The position numbers and the translations under genes are program-made. A stretch of DNA of 37,108 nt, taken from contig NC_068993.1 in assembly GCF_001194135.2 (NCBI RefSeq), forward strand, positions 42,963,852 to 43,000,959, written 5' to 3'. Source of the DNA: Octopus bimaculoides (Eukaryota). Numbering within the stretch: position 1 is the stretch's first letter; each line of letters opens with the position of its first letter. Positions 22,950 through 33,689 of this stretch are shown here, one piece after another. Below the pieces are notes generated by a model. That model saw nothing but the letters and a program-made list of their open reading frames with translations. It was not told where the DNA came from and ran no database searches.

Positions 22950-23200
22950 CAGTGTGTCTCGATCATTTTTTGCCTATAAACCCCTTTGATTCCTATTATA
23001 CTCTAATGAGAATATTTCTCGTATTGTAGAAGTGTAAGCATCTTACTGGAGATAAATTTTAACAATAAAATCGTATATGGACCCATCCCCAAAAAGCCAT
23101 ATGGACCCCCAATGGTCATATAGACTCCCAACGATTATATGGACTCCAAAAGGCCATACAGATCCCCAACGATTATATGGACCCCGGTTAAGAACCCCTG
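22950..23200. mobile_element. Degenerate hAT-type MITE with 19-bp subterminal tandem repeat
   Basis: Termini CAGTGTGTCTCGATC / GGTTAAGAACCCCTG (9/15). Flanks GTTTAAAG / ATTTAACG (6/8 TSD). Repeat units start at 23075, 23099, 23118, 23137, 23156 and 23175. Confidence 0.7.
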
Positions 23201-23968
23201 ATTTAACGAATATTTGTTACATTGGATTACAATAAGGACTAACTTACCATTTGAAAAAGGCAGTGGAAATAGCATGTTATTGTTTGTTTTTTTAACATTT
23301 ATCTCGTGTCATATAAACAGAACCCCTATCTCTTTCAGGCGATTTTATAGTGAGAGAAGTACAGCTAGATGTAATTCATTCACTTAGTTATACATATATA
23401 TATATATACCTAGACCATTACTGCTTTCTACTCTGTTTTGTATAACTCTAAGCTGCTTGGCTGTTGGAGATAAGGTCGGACAGTTGTCGGATACTGCTTG
23501 AAATCTATTGAGGCAGAAAAACTTGTCCACGACTGTCTTCTTATTTCAAAACAATAAATCTGTCCTTTTCTTGAATGGTATGTCAGTTTTGGAGAATCTT
23601 CGATCTTGAGATTATCGTCTCTGCTCAAGTAGAGGTGGTCATAATTGTCTCTTGGTAATTATGATACATCATCTATAAGTGAAGATAATTCTTCATAAAT
23701 CAAGAACTTTTGTTGAAGGTTATTTGATATACTGGTATTTGCACACACACACACACACACACACATACAAATAAATACATATACGCATACATACATACAT
23801 ATATATANNNNNNNNNNNNNNNNNNNNNNNNNNNNNNNNNNNNNNNNNNNNNNNNNNNNNNNNNNNNNNNNNNNNNNNNNNNNNNNNNNNNNNNNNNNNN
23901 NNNNNNNNNNNNNNNNNNNNNNNNNNNNNNNNNNNNNNNNNNNNNNNNNNNNNNNNNNNNNNNNNNNN

Positions 23969-24036
<68 letters not shown>

Positions 24037-24508
24037 CAATTCAGTCAAATTTTCTTGACTGTGCTTTAGCTAAAGCTACGGGTTTAAATCTCACCAGAGT
24101 TACCTCTCTTCTGTATTTCCTATTGATAACGGCTAAATAATCAGAAACGCTGCACCAGGGAATCCGATAGAGGGCAACACAGGGCAGATATGGTATTTTT
24201 ACACTTTTTACCATAAAAGAGAATTTTTCTCCACATGAAAAGGTAAGGTAGGAGATAATGTCCCTGCCTACCATCGAAATAGTCACCAATTGAATTATAC
24301 AAAGAATCTCATACATTAAATTAGTGTTTTTAGATTTTTTCTATTTTGGTTGCCACTTTTCAGTTTCTTTAATTTCTGTTTCAATCGATTTCATATTGAG
24401 TCTTTTGGTGTAGCTTTGTATGGTAATTATTGATATGAAATTCATTTTCACCATAAATCAATAAAGAGTTAATGGCTCTTAAAATGTGAAAATTTTGGGT
24501 AGTTTTAG

Positions 24509-24609
24509 CCAATCGAAAACCAGACGTACAGGTGCCTGTTTCCATAGTAACAGACCAAACTGTTACCAAGCTCCTTATCCCTCTGTTGTGGTCCTGTCAA
24601 TCCACGTGG
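24509..24609. promoter_or_regulatory. CCAAT + X-box + E-box motif cluster
   Basis: AGCCAATC (CCAAT at 24509-24513), GTTTCCATAGTAAC (24538-24551), CCACGTGG (24602-24609). Motif matches only. Confidence 0.3.
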
Positions 24610-25137
24610 CCATCTTTCGCTTATTAAATACTTAAAACACGGGGTATGAGTTGATCGTGAGGTGTGCTAAAAATAACAGCTAAATAGGACTTAAATCACG
24701 CACAATTTTCTTTGTTTTTGGTTTTTGTATGAATTCCCATATGTAGAATACGAATTCGTAAAAATTTTCTAAAAGTTCCAAAAGATAAAATCAGATATGA
24801 GGGGTCATATGTCGTGCGTAAAACAGAATTCCGCCAGTATTTCATTTGTTTACAGTTGACAACATCTGCTGGCACGCACAAAATAACAGCTTCGAAATCC
24901 TCTTTTCTGATTCGGTAAAAATTATTAGACTTCAAACCTCTGTAACTTTTTTAAAAAGAATTCTAGAAAATGCTAAATACCCGCTGTGATTTAGGGTGCA
25001 AAATTACATCATACACCAAATTTTAAAATTTGCACTAAACTTTAGAATTTCCACAGGTGCAGCTAAACGGAAAAGAGATATGTGTTCTTTTTTTATTATT
25101 ATTATTTATCATTAATTGAAAATCATATGCGAGAACA

Positions 25138-25500
25138 ACTGCGTGGGTAAGAAGTTTACTTCGCAACCATATGATTGGAGACTTGAGCAAGTGTCTTTCA
25201 CTATAGCTCCGGACTGACCAATTCATTGTGGTTGAGTTTGATAGACGGAAACTGTGTGGAAACTTGTGGTATATTTGTATTTGTATGTATATGCGCACGC
25301 GCGTGTGCGTGTCTGTGTTTCTTGTCAGTTGAACTTGGTTTGTTTATGTCTCCATAACATAGCGGTTCAGCTATGTTACGGAGATAGAAAAAATCCTAGA
25401 ATTTAAGAAAAAAAAGAAGTTCTGGATTCGATTTGTTCGATTAGAATCTTCAAATCAGTGCCCCAGTATGGCCGTTGTCCAACGGGCGAAATAATTAAAA
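25138..25500 (+). mobile_element. Degenerate SINE family A with internal deletion and acquired hairpin
   Basis: gcgtgggtaagaagtttacttcgcaaccatatg...ttgagcaagtgtctttcactatagc...gacggaaactg...atttgttcga...ccccagtatggccg. Confidence 0.75.
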
Positions 25501-25990
25501 TAATAATAATTGACATGTATAAAATTCCAAGTGCCTAATGCTGATTAGGATGAAAAACAGTATCTAGCAGAAAGAGGGAATAGAATGGCAGGCTCATAAA
25601 TCCTGGATATCAACACAGGTAGTAAGAAGGGAGATATAAGATATTAAAAAACAGCTGGACATAATGAAGTGGTTGAAAACTTTTGTGAGTATATAAAAAT
25701 TTACCATTCAGGTGGTTGAACTTTTTGTTGTTTTATTATCCAAAAATGAATGTCTGTATAGCGGGGGGGGAAATTACCCCAAGTATTATACAGACCTAAT
25801 TCTTTCATTAAAGTCACCACCTGTTCGTCGTTGAAGTATCTTATGAATGGAAAAAAGATACTGGGAGTGGGCAATAATAATAGGAACGATGAATCACTAA
25901 ATCTTGTGCAGATTTAAATAAATTTTCCTCAACGGTGAACTAGCTTTTATCATATTAAAAATTATAATACATTAGAAGAATGCAGTGTAT

Positions 25991-26210
25991 GTTTTTACTT
26001 GCTTTGGTCACTGGACTGCGATCATGAAGAGGAGGGTTCACTTGAACGAATCAACCCCAGAACTTATTCTCCTTTATTTTTTTTTTAACTGTGGAACTTA
26101 TTCTATCGATCAGTTTTATCGAACTGCTAGTATTTTAATGTGAAAGCAAATTAACACCAGTTGTTAGTCGTTGTGGCAGGTAGGGGGGAATACCCAGACA
26201 TACGCGCACA
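25991..26210 (-). mobile_element. SINE family A, 3' half, diverged
   Basis: tttttacttgctttggtcactggactgcg...aatcaaccccagaactta...ttattctatcgat...gaactgcta...aacaccagttgt. Confidence 0.65.
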
Positions 26211-26232
26211 CTATCTAATGATGGTGAGATGT

Positions 26233-26493
26233 AGGCGTAGGAGTGGCTATGTGGTAAGTAGCTTGCTTACCAGCCACATGGTTCCAGGTTCTATCCCACT
26301 ACGTGGCACCTTGGGCAAGTGTCTTCTACTATAGCCTCGGGCCGACCAAAGCCTTGTGAGTGGATTTGGTAGGCGGAAACTGAAAGAAGCCTGTCGTATA
26401 NNNNNNNNNNNNNNNNNNNNNNNNNNNNNNNNNNNNNNNNNNNNNNNNNNNNNNNNNNNNNNNNNNNNNNNNNNNNNNNNNNNNNNNNNNNNN

Positions 26494-26532
<39 letters not shown>

Positions 26533-26741
26533 TTGTGTGTCTGTGTTTGTCCCCCCAACATCGCTTGACAACCGATACTGGTGTGTTTACGTCCCCATAA
26601 CTTAGCGGCTCGGCAAAAGAACCAATAGAATAAGTACTAGGGTAACAAAGAATAAGTCCTGGGGTCGATTTGTTCGACAAAAGGCGGTGCTCCAGCATGG
26701 CTGCAGTCGAATGATTGAAACAAGTAAAAGAATAAAAGAAT
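26233..26741 (+). mobile_element. SINE family A, best-preserved copy (internal microsatellite partly gapped)
   Basis: aggcgtaggagtggctatgtggtaagtagcttgc...gttccaggttctatccc...; 3' end ...aaggcggtgctccagcatggctgcagtc...gaaacaagtaaaagaataaaagaa. Confidence 0.93.
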
Positions 26742-26894
26742 ATATATACAAACACGTGCGCGGGTTTAGTGTTAACGGTCAGAAGAAAGCGTACTGGATA
26801 CCATAATAGACATAGATGACATTTTTATTTTGGTCGAGTTAGTCTCTTGCTACTCTGATTTTTGCCTGGGAATACACAGAATCTTCAAGCAATT

Positions 26895-27060
26895 TATGAC
26901 GGACACTAAACAGTTTCCGTTTATCAAAGTCAACGACCAGTAATTGGTTGGCCTGAGCCTATACTCTAAGATGTTTATCGAAGATGCTGCACAAAGAGAC
27001 TGAACTCAAAACCATTCGGTGTTGAAGCGAACTTGCTAACCACGCAGCTATATCTATGCA
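26895..27060 (-). mobile_element. SINE family A, 5' half, diverged
   Basis: cagtttccgtttatcaaa...tggttggcctgagcctata...gagactgaactcaaaacc...gaagcgaacttgctaaccacgcagc. Confidence 0.6.
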
Positions 27061-28889
27061 CCTATTAAAAATCATAAATTTTAGACTGAAATATATCTTT
27101 ACCAAGTTTATGTTTGACTGTGTTTTAGAAACACTTTTTTCGTATTTTGTTTTTACTTTTAAAACAACAGCAGCAAGTATTCATTGTTATTTGTTGTCAA
27201 TTGTTCGGTAGTGTAAGCATCAATTTTAGGTTTTCGTTGTAGATTATAAATAAACCATACTACAACAGATTGGAAATGAATAGTAATCCTTTCAAAGGAA
27301 GGAGCTAACAACTCATAAAAATATCTCGAGCTGCAAAACGTCAAATTTGAAAGGTGTCGGAACCGGAGAGACAGATCATAAACTAAACAAAAACTATAAA
27401 CTGTCAGCGATAAAACTAAAAAAAAAGAGTAATGGATAAATATATATTTTTGCCTAATAAAAGCAAAATGCATAAAAATGTATACACACAGCAGTGAGTG
27501 TATAGTGTCTTCTTGATATCGCTCTCATCGTTTGATTTAATAACAGTTTTCTTTCGAGGAGTGTTTTCCTATGTCACGATTTATCAGTGCATTATTTTTC
27601 TAGGTTAATACAATGAATAACCGCATTGAAATAAAGAAGGAAAAATGACAATAGAAGAAACAACGACAATAGAAACTATAGAAAACTTAGTTCCACCCGT
27701 ATGAAAGAAGAGTAAACAGAAAAGAGTAACACAATCATAGACTACTTTGCATCCACCCGCTTTCTTTTTTTTTTATTTTTTTTGTGTCCAACTCACTTCT
27801 TCTTTGTAAACTATTTTTCCCTATCGTATATAATCACTGGTAAATTGTTCAGAACATTTAGTAGACTAGATTACTTAAAATACTTACTAAACAATAAGAT
27901 TTTTAACAGAAATAGTAGGATTTATCCGAAATTCTATCCATTTCTGTACAATTGAAATATTTTCTAGCGTAACTTCTCAAACTATTTCGTGTGTATTTTG
28001 AAGTATCTGTTTCATTCCTCCCTAGATACAACCAAACTTCTCAGAGTCTTCACTACAAATAAAGAATTAAAAGACTGTAACAATAAAACTGCTCAATCAC
28101 TATGTGTGTCTCCCTTCAGAATCTTAAACAAAGAATCACTGGTCTGCATCATGCTTAATTCAATTTGTAATTTGTGTCAATAACAAATAAGGATACATAC
28201 AATTTACTCTTTCGGTTTGAGGGCAACAGGAATAAAACTCAGGATCAAGTGATTAATGAGGTCTTCGAACTTCGATAATCTTTTCCCATCAGTTTCAGTA
28301 CCAAGACTTGATGGTTTTCTTTTATTATAAAACTGGACGTTAAAACCGGAACATTTGGGTTTTCTTTTCTTTTTCTCTTTTTCTTACAGACACAGACTTA
28401 TAAGATATATTAGGGGTGTCCATGTACTTTCAGATCAATGAAGAAAAGTTTTAAGTGCAGATTAGCTTTTCCCCCCGTCTTGTAACTGAGTTTGTCATGT
28501 CATCAATTTTGTGTTCGCACGGATCTGTAAAGAAATACAAGACAAGCAATTTTTCTTTCGGAAAATATTAGTCGGAAAAAGAAAACAGTTTTATGTTTAT
28601 CGAAGCAAAGATAGAACTTAACGTGTAGGTGTGCTTATGTATATATATTGTGCATGTGTGTTTGTGTGCGTGTGTGTTTGTGTGCGCATTTTACAGATGT
28701 GTTTTTATGTTTCTTTGTGAATGTACGAGTGAGAATGGTTTTGTTTTGTTTTTCTTTGTTTTTTGTGTTGTTTCTTTTCTAATTTTTATTGCTCTGTGGA
28801 GGGGGTTTATTGAGTGAGTGTTTGTTAACACAATCTATTGTAAAGAAGACACGACCAACTAGAACTAGAATAAAACATTTAGTTTTATT

Positions 28890-29000
28890 TATGCGCCTTT
28901 TAAAGCCTAGCCAGGTTCATGGGCCCGGTTTCCTACTTTCTATGGCGTATGTGTTTCCCACCAGCTGGACGGGACGCCAGTCCATCGCAGAAAACATTTA
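28890..29000 (-). mobile_element. 3' fragment of a further SINE
   Basis: gcgccttttaaagcctagccaggttcatgggcccggtttcc...ccagctggacgggacgccagtccatcgcag; assigned from recall of an octopus repeat, with no head present here. Confidence 0.45.
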
Positions 29001-29057
29001 GTAGGCGATAGAATTTGTAGGTTCGAGTAAGTTCCACAAATTAAATTTTACATTATG

Positions 29058-29314
29058 TTCTTTTACTCACCTACGGCAATTAAGTTATTGGACTGCGGCC
29101 CTGCTGGAGCATCACCTTGTAGAATTTAGTCGAACATATTGACCCCAGTACTTTGTTTTTATTTTCAAGTATGGTACTTGTGCTGTTGGTCAATTTTACC
29201 GAACAGCTAAGTTGCCAGTATGTAACCAAACCAACATCGTTTATCAAGCAGTGGAGGGGCACAAACGCGCGCACACAAACACACATACATGCACACAAAC
29301 GAACATATACACAC

Positions 29315-29354
<40 letters not shown>

Positions 29355-29500
29355 GACAGGCTTCCACAGTTACCAACTTCACTTACAAGACATTAGTTGA
29401 CTCGGGACTGTAGTAAAAGATATCTGTCCAAGGCGCTGCACAGTGAAACTGAACCCGAAAGCGTGTGTCTACTAAGTGAGCTTCTTAACCACAACGCCAT
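29058..29500 (-). mobile_element. SINE family A, diverged, with internal (CA)/(TA)n
   Basis: gactgcggccctgctggagcatcacctt...tagtcgaac...gaccccagtac...acgacaggcttc...ctgaacccgaaa...gagcttcttaaccaca. A short plus-strand 3'-end fragment follows at 29516-29560. Confidence 0.8.
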
Positions 29501-30231
29501 ATCACTGTGCACATGTTAAATTCTTCAAGGCGGTGCTCCACCAAAAGAAAGTAAAAGAATATTACAATCTTGTTCTTTTCTCTTTTTTTTTTATCACTTT
29601 TTCTTTTTAATGCTTTCAAACTTCGGAAAAAGTAGAAAAATTGCTTCGTACATTATAAGCTAATTCAGTTAAAAGATTAAAAACATATTTTGATGCAAAT
29701 GGCACATGAATTTAAATTTCTTGTACTCGTTGCCAACAGATAAGCTGTTTCTGCTGTGTTTGTCCCCCAACTTCGCAAAGCAATTATATGAACGATCAGC
29801 TATGTTGTCGATATATTCAACAAACTACAAATATAATCAATGATTCTTTCTCTACGCTGGTACGAAAGGTGTTTATGGCACAGCTCAATTATCATATTAA
29901 CAAAAGCTTAGTGCTGTTGAAAATCATCCAAATTTACAAAAGTCAAAATAAAGATCAAAGGTGGAAAGAAATCGCCAAACGATTGTTTAATGAAAGTGAT
30001 CTTTACCCGAAGGAAATCGGAACTTAGCAAAATAGGGTGGGGAAAAAATGAAGGTAACGTGTGATATTTTTCTAACCATTGCTCTATGTAAAAACAGATA
30101 AACTGTTACTATTTACTAATTGGATGATTCTTCTCACATATTCTAATTCTAACATTAATTATTATCCCTAATAAATAAAAATATTTTTCTATGAATATAA
30201 AGGTCACTGTATTAATGTGTTTCATTTATAG

Positions 30232-30289
30232 GCTTGTAATGTACAAGGCTTCGAGGAAATGGTCCAAAATGGTTTCCTTTGAACAGGCT
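30232..30289 (+). other. Candidate 58-nt exon (unverified)
   Basis: tgtttcatttatag| acceptor and GCT|GTACGT donor. A single frame is open: (x)LVMYKASRKWSKMVSFEQA. Not recognised. Confidence 0.22.
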
Positions 30290-30944
30290 GTACGTATTTC
30301 GTTATACACAAATTAAATTGCAGCTGGTAAAGACATTATCTCACCACACAAACCGATACTAAACGAACACGGGAGGTGATATATTTATCTAATTATTTAC
30401 TATGTGTAGATTTGTTTATTTTACAGACAAAACAAAAATAAAAGATAAAAAAAATAATTCCGTATTTCTGCTTCTCCAAACATTGTAAAGGAAAGCTAAA
30501 TAGAGAAAATTAACCAACAGTTACACGATACGAAGCCAACCATATATTTAATTATCTGCCCAGTTGAGAGGAGTGGAAGAGTTCTGAGCTAAAAATTAAG
30601 TTTTGTCTTATGCTGATTTGATTTATGACATGGTTTAATACAAAACAATTACACACTCTTTTAGAAATTGAAGTTCAATTATAAAATGACTTATATGCGT
30701 ACTGGGATTTACTAATATCATTATTATGTACCATTTTCTGTCACAATCTTGCCAGCCATATTCTATAACCGCACCAGAATAAACGTTGTTGTCTTGGGGG
30801 AAAGCGATACTCTGAGTGAGTCCTCGAGTCTTTAATACTGAACGCTGCAGCCGATTCAGACATAAATGAACAAAAGAAGACAGGAACTGATTCCAATACA
30901 TAGTTGACAGTTACACTAATTCATCGATAACGGAAGAAGAAAAT

Positions 30945-31050
30945 GCAAAGTTCACCTTGGCGAGATTTGAACTATGAAAGAAACAATTAGGGACACATAG
31001 TACTACGCATATGTGAGGCGATTGAACTATTCTGCCAATCGGCTGCCCTA
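30945..31050 (-). mobile_element. Degenerate SINE family B head
   Basis: gcaaagttcaccttggcgagatttgaact...attctgccaatcggctgcc, compared with 33880-33986. Confidence 0.55.
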
Positions 31051-31281
31051 TATCTATAAGCATGCAAAAGGAAAAGAACCTCATAAAAATTGTACGCTTG
31101 CACTCTTACAGCCCTAGGAGATCAGGAGGAGATAATCAAATCATCGTTCACTTTCGTGACGAAAACAAATTCTACGAACATTAAACCTGTGAATTTGTAT
31201 TTTGTATATACATGCGCGCGCAAATTGTGTGTGTGTGAGGGGGTAAATTTGTATATAAATGTGTATATACATGAATATATA

Positions 31282-31948
31282 TAGGGAAGTAGTTCGAAAG
31301 TCTTGTCACCCACTACCGAAAATTAATAAAAACAATAAAGGAACAATATAATAATACCAAACACATGTACTGGTTTTAGTATATTCACTTTCATTGACAC
31401 TGACACTGTTACACATCGGGAAGGTCTGTATGAACACCATCATTTTCATGGCACAAAATGATGCGGCGCCAGGTCCTGTGTGTTATTTTACGAAGCTGTG
31501 CTCTGGTGATTGTTGCAGAGGTAGCCGAAACAGCATCAGCTGTTGGATATTCTGATATTGCTTTTGTGAAACTCTCTCCTTGAAAATACCCCCACAGAGC
31601 ATTGTTGCAGGTCTTGAGGTCTGGACTTTTGGTGGTGGTGGTGCTTGGGGAGCAATCAAAGGGTGCTGCAAGTTGTTGTAATCCTCGCCCCATACATCTA
31701 TATCTATCCCGAAAAACTTCATTGATGGTATAGTGGGGTGGGGCAACATATTGTTGAAACCCACCATCATTCAAATCTACATTCAACCTCTGGAGCTGTG
31801 GAACAAACCACTCCCTTAACATGGCAAGGTAAAAAGTGCTGGTTAGCAGAGCCCTCGCAGAAATAGGGTCCTATCAAGTGCTTAGTCAATATAGTGGCCC
31901 AAATTATCACATGCGGTGGGCTGTGTTCCAGTTCTTCATAATTGTACA
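31282..31948 (-). mobile_element. Tc1/mariner-superfamily (rosa/maT-like) element, dead 3' half with probable 3' TIR
   Basis: Frameshifted ORFs give YEELEHSPPHVIIW...LIGPYF / MLREWFVPQL...FQQYVAPPHY...MGRG...SPDLKTCNNALWGY...RTWRRIILCHEN.GVHTD. The catalytic D positions are mutated. A TIR-like TA-(t)agggaagtagttcgaaagtcttgtcaccc lies at about 31282-31312. Confidence 0.85.
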
Positions 31949-32065
31949 GCAACCTTTGCAACAATCACCAAAGCACAGCTTCGTAAAATATCACAAAGGA
32001 TATGGCACCGCATCATTTGGTGCCACGAAAATGATGGTGTTCATACAGACCTTCCCGATGTGTAA
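31949..32065 (+). mobile_element. Inverted copy of the last 117 bp of the same transposase ORF
   Basis: 107/117 identical, ungapped, to the reverse complement of 31409-31525. Both copies end at the TAA stop. Confidence 0.92.
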
Positions 32066-32204
32066 GGATGTGTTGAGGATTATGTTAAGTGTATACATTT
32101 CTGCAGAATACTCAGCCACTAACACACGAATTCAGTGAGCAGGTGATTTATTTGATTGAATACCTGAATAGTCATCGCCGAAACTGTCGGAGATCCATTT
32201 CTTT

Positions 32205-32440
32205 GGTATATGTAAGTGTGCATGTATCAATAAATCTGTGTGCGTGTATGTAAGTGTGTATATCTGTATGTATGTGTATGTATGTGTGTATGTATGTATG
32301 TGTTTGTAATTGTGTTTGTGTGTATGAATGTGTGTATGTATGTGTGTGCTTGTATGTGTGTATGTATGTATGTATGTATGTGTGTGTATGTATGTGTGTG
32401 TGTGAATGTATGTATGTATGTATGTATGTACACCCACACA
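32205..32440. repeat. (TATG)/(TG) mixed microsatellite
   Basis: Visible; abuts the 3' end of the RTE remnant. Confidence 0.9.
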
Positions 32441-32449
32441 TATGTATGT

Positions 32450-33240
32450 AATTCTGGTCATCAAGTAAGCACTCAACAAGCTGAACACCACTGTTCACCA
32501 TTCTCACCGTTCTTCTCTGTCTTTCTTTTACTGTCCTTATTACCTTCTCTGTATTTTAAGTCTGTCCAATTCTCTACATTATTCATCCACATAATTCCTG
32601 CTTTTTCATTTCTTTCCATTCATTTTTACCTTCTATTAGCAAACAGTCGCTGTAAACGATTTTTTTTCTAATTAAGTGTCCAAAATATTTTACTTCTCTG
32701 TCTTTGAATGGCGTCGTCTAATAAGATTTTTCTTTTTAGCTTTTGCCATTTTTAGTACCTCATTATTGGTTTCGTGTTCTGCCTATGATATTCTCGAAAG
32801 TTTTTCTCTTCGCCCACATCTCAAAGGTTTGTCATTTATTTCATAATACCTTCGTTAATATCCATATTTCAACTCCATATAAAAGAGTGGACCATACATA
32901 ATCCTTAAATAATTATTTTTCTTGTTTTCCTGATTTTTCTGATTTTAATGCTTTTTAATGTTAGTATCTTTCATATTATTTTTCTTCAAATTACATTCTA
33001 GCTGTCCCAGTACTTCTTGTGATTTCTCATTCGCCAATCTTGTGTTTTAATTGCGTATATCTCGGGTATATTATGGTATATTATCTTTAGTATCGGCTAT
33101 TTTTGGTGACTGTTGTTTCTGACAGGTTACTATGGGATTTTTTTTTTTTTTTTGGCTTTACATTTTTATATTTAGTTCCACTGGGCGTTTCCTTGTCGTC
33201 TGCGGTAATTAAGAGTTCTGTAAGTCATCTTTGATTTTTT
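32450..33240 (-). pseudogene. Decayed RTE-clade LINE, 3' part of RT ORF
   Basis: Minus-strand frames with stops and frameshifts give YVWSTLLYGVEIWILTK (32900-32850), TFEMWA, NNEVLKMA, KYFGHLIR (about 32690-32667) and IMWMNNVENWTDLKY, the RTE C-terminal motif series. Confidence 0.82.
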
Positions 33241-33689
33241 AAAAATACATAAGGCAACACCTAGTACAACAACAGAGGTGGTTGATGCTCATATAGATAA
33301 TTATAGATGAAAGGAATGAGAGAGAGAGAGGGGGGAGGGAGGGAGGGNNNNNNNNNNNNNNNNNNNNNNNNNNNNNNNNNNNNNNNNNNNNNNNNNNNNN
33401 NNNNNNNNNNNNNNNNNNNNNNNNNNNNNNNNNNNNNNNNNNNNNNNNNNNNNNNNNNNNNNNNNNNNNNNNNNNNNNNNNNNNNNNNNNNNNNNNNNNN
33501 NNNNNNNNNNNNNNNNNNNNNNNNNNNNNNNNNNNNNNNNNNNNNNNNNNNNNNNNNNNNNNNNNNNNNNNNNNNNNNNNNNNNNNNNNNNNNNNNNNNN
33601 NNNNNNNNNNNNNNNNNNNNNNNNNNNNNNNNNNNNNNNNNNNNNNNNNNNNNNNNNNNNNNNNNNNNNNNNNNNNNNNNNNNNNNNNN

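Noticed and set aside
23075-23186. CRISPR-like array
   Set aside because: Eukaryotic context, contiguous 19-bp tandem units without unique spacers, and no cas genes.
23428-23740. Protein-like minus-strand ORF (MSRDDNLKIEDSPK...)
   Set aside because: No recognisable family, an in-frame stop upstream, and no convincing splice sites.
29788-30027. MADF/SANT-like ORF (KDQRWKEIAKRL)
   Set aside because: Only one short motif matches; the LW and Y elements are missing and there are no splice signals.
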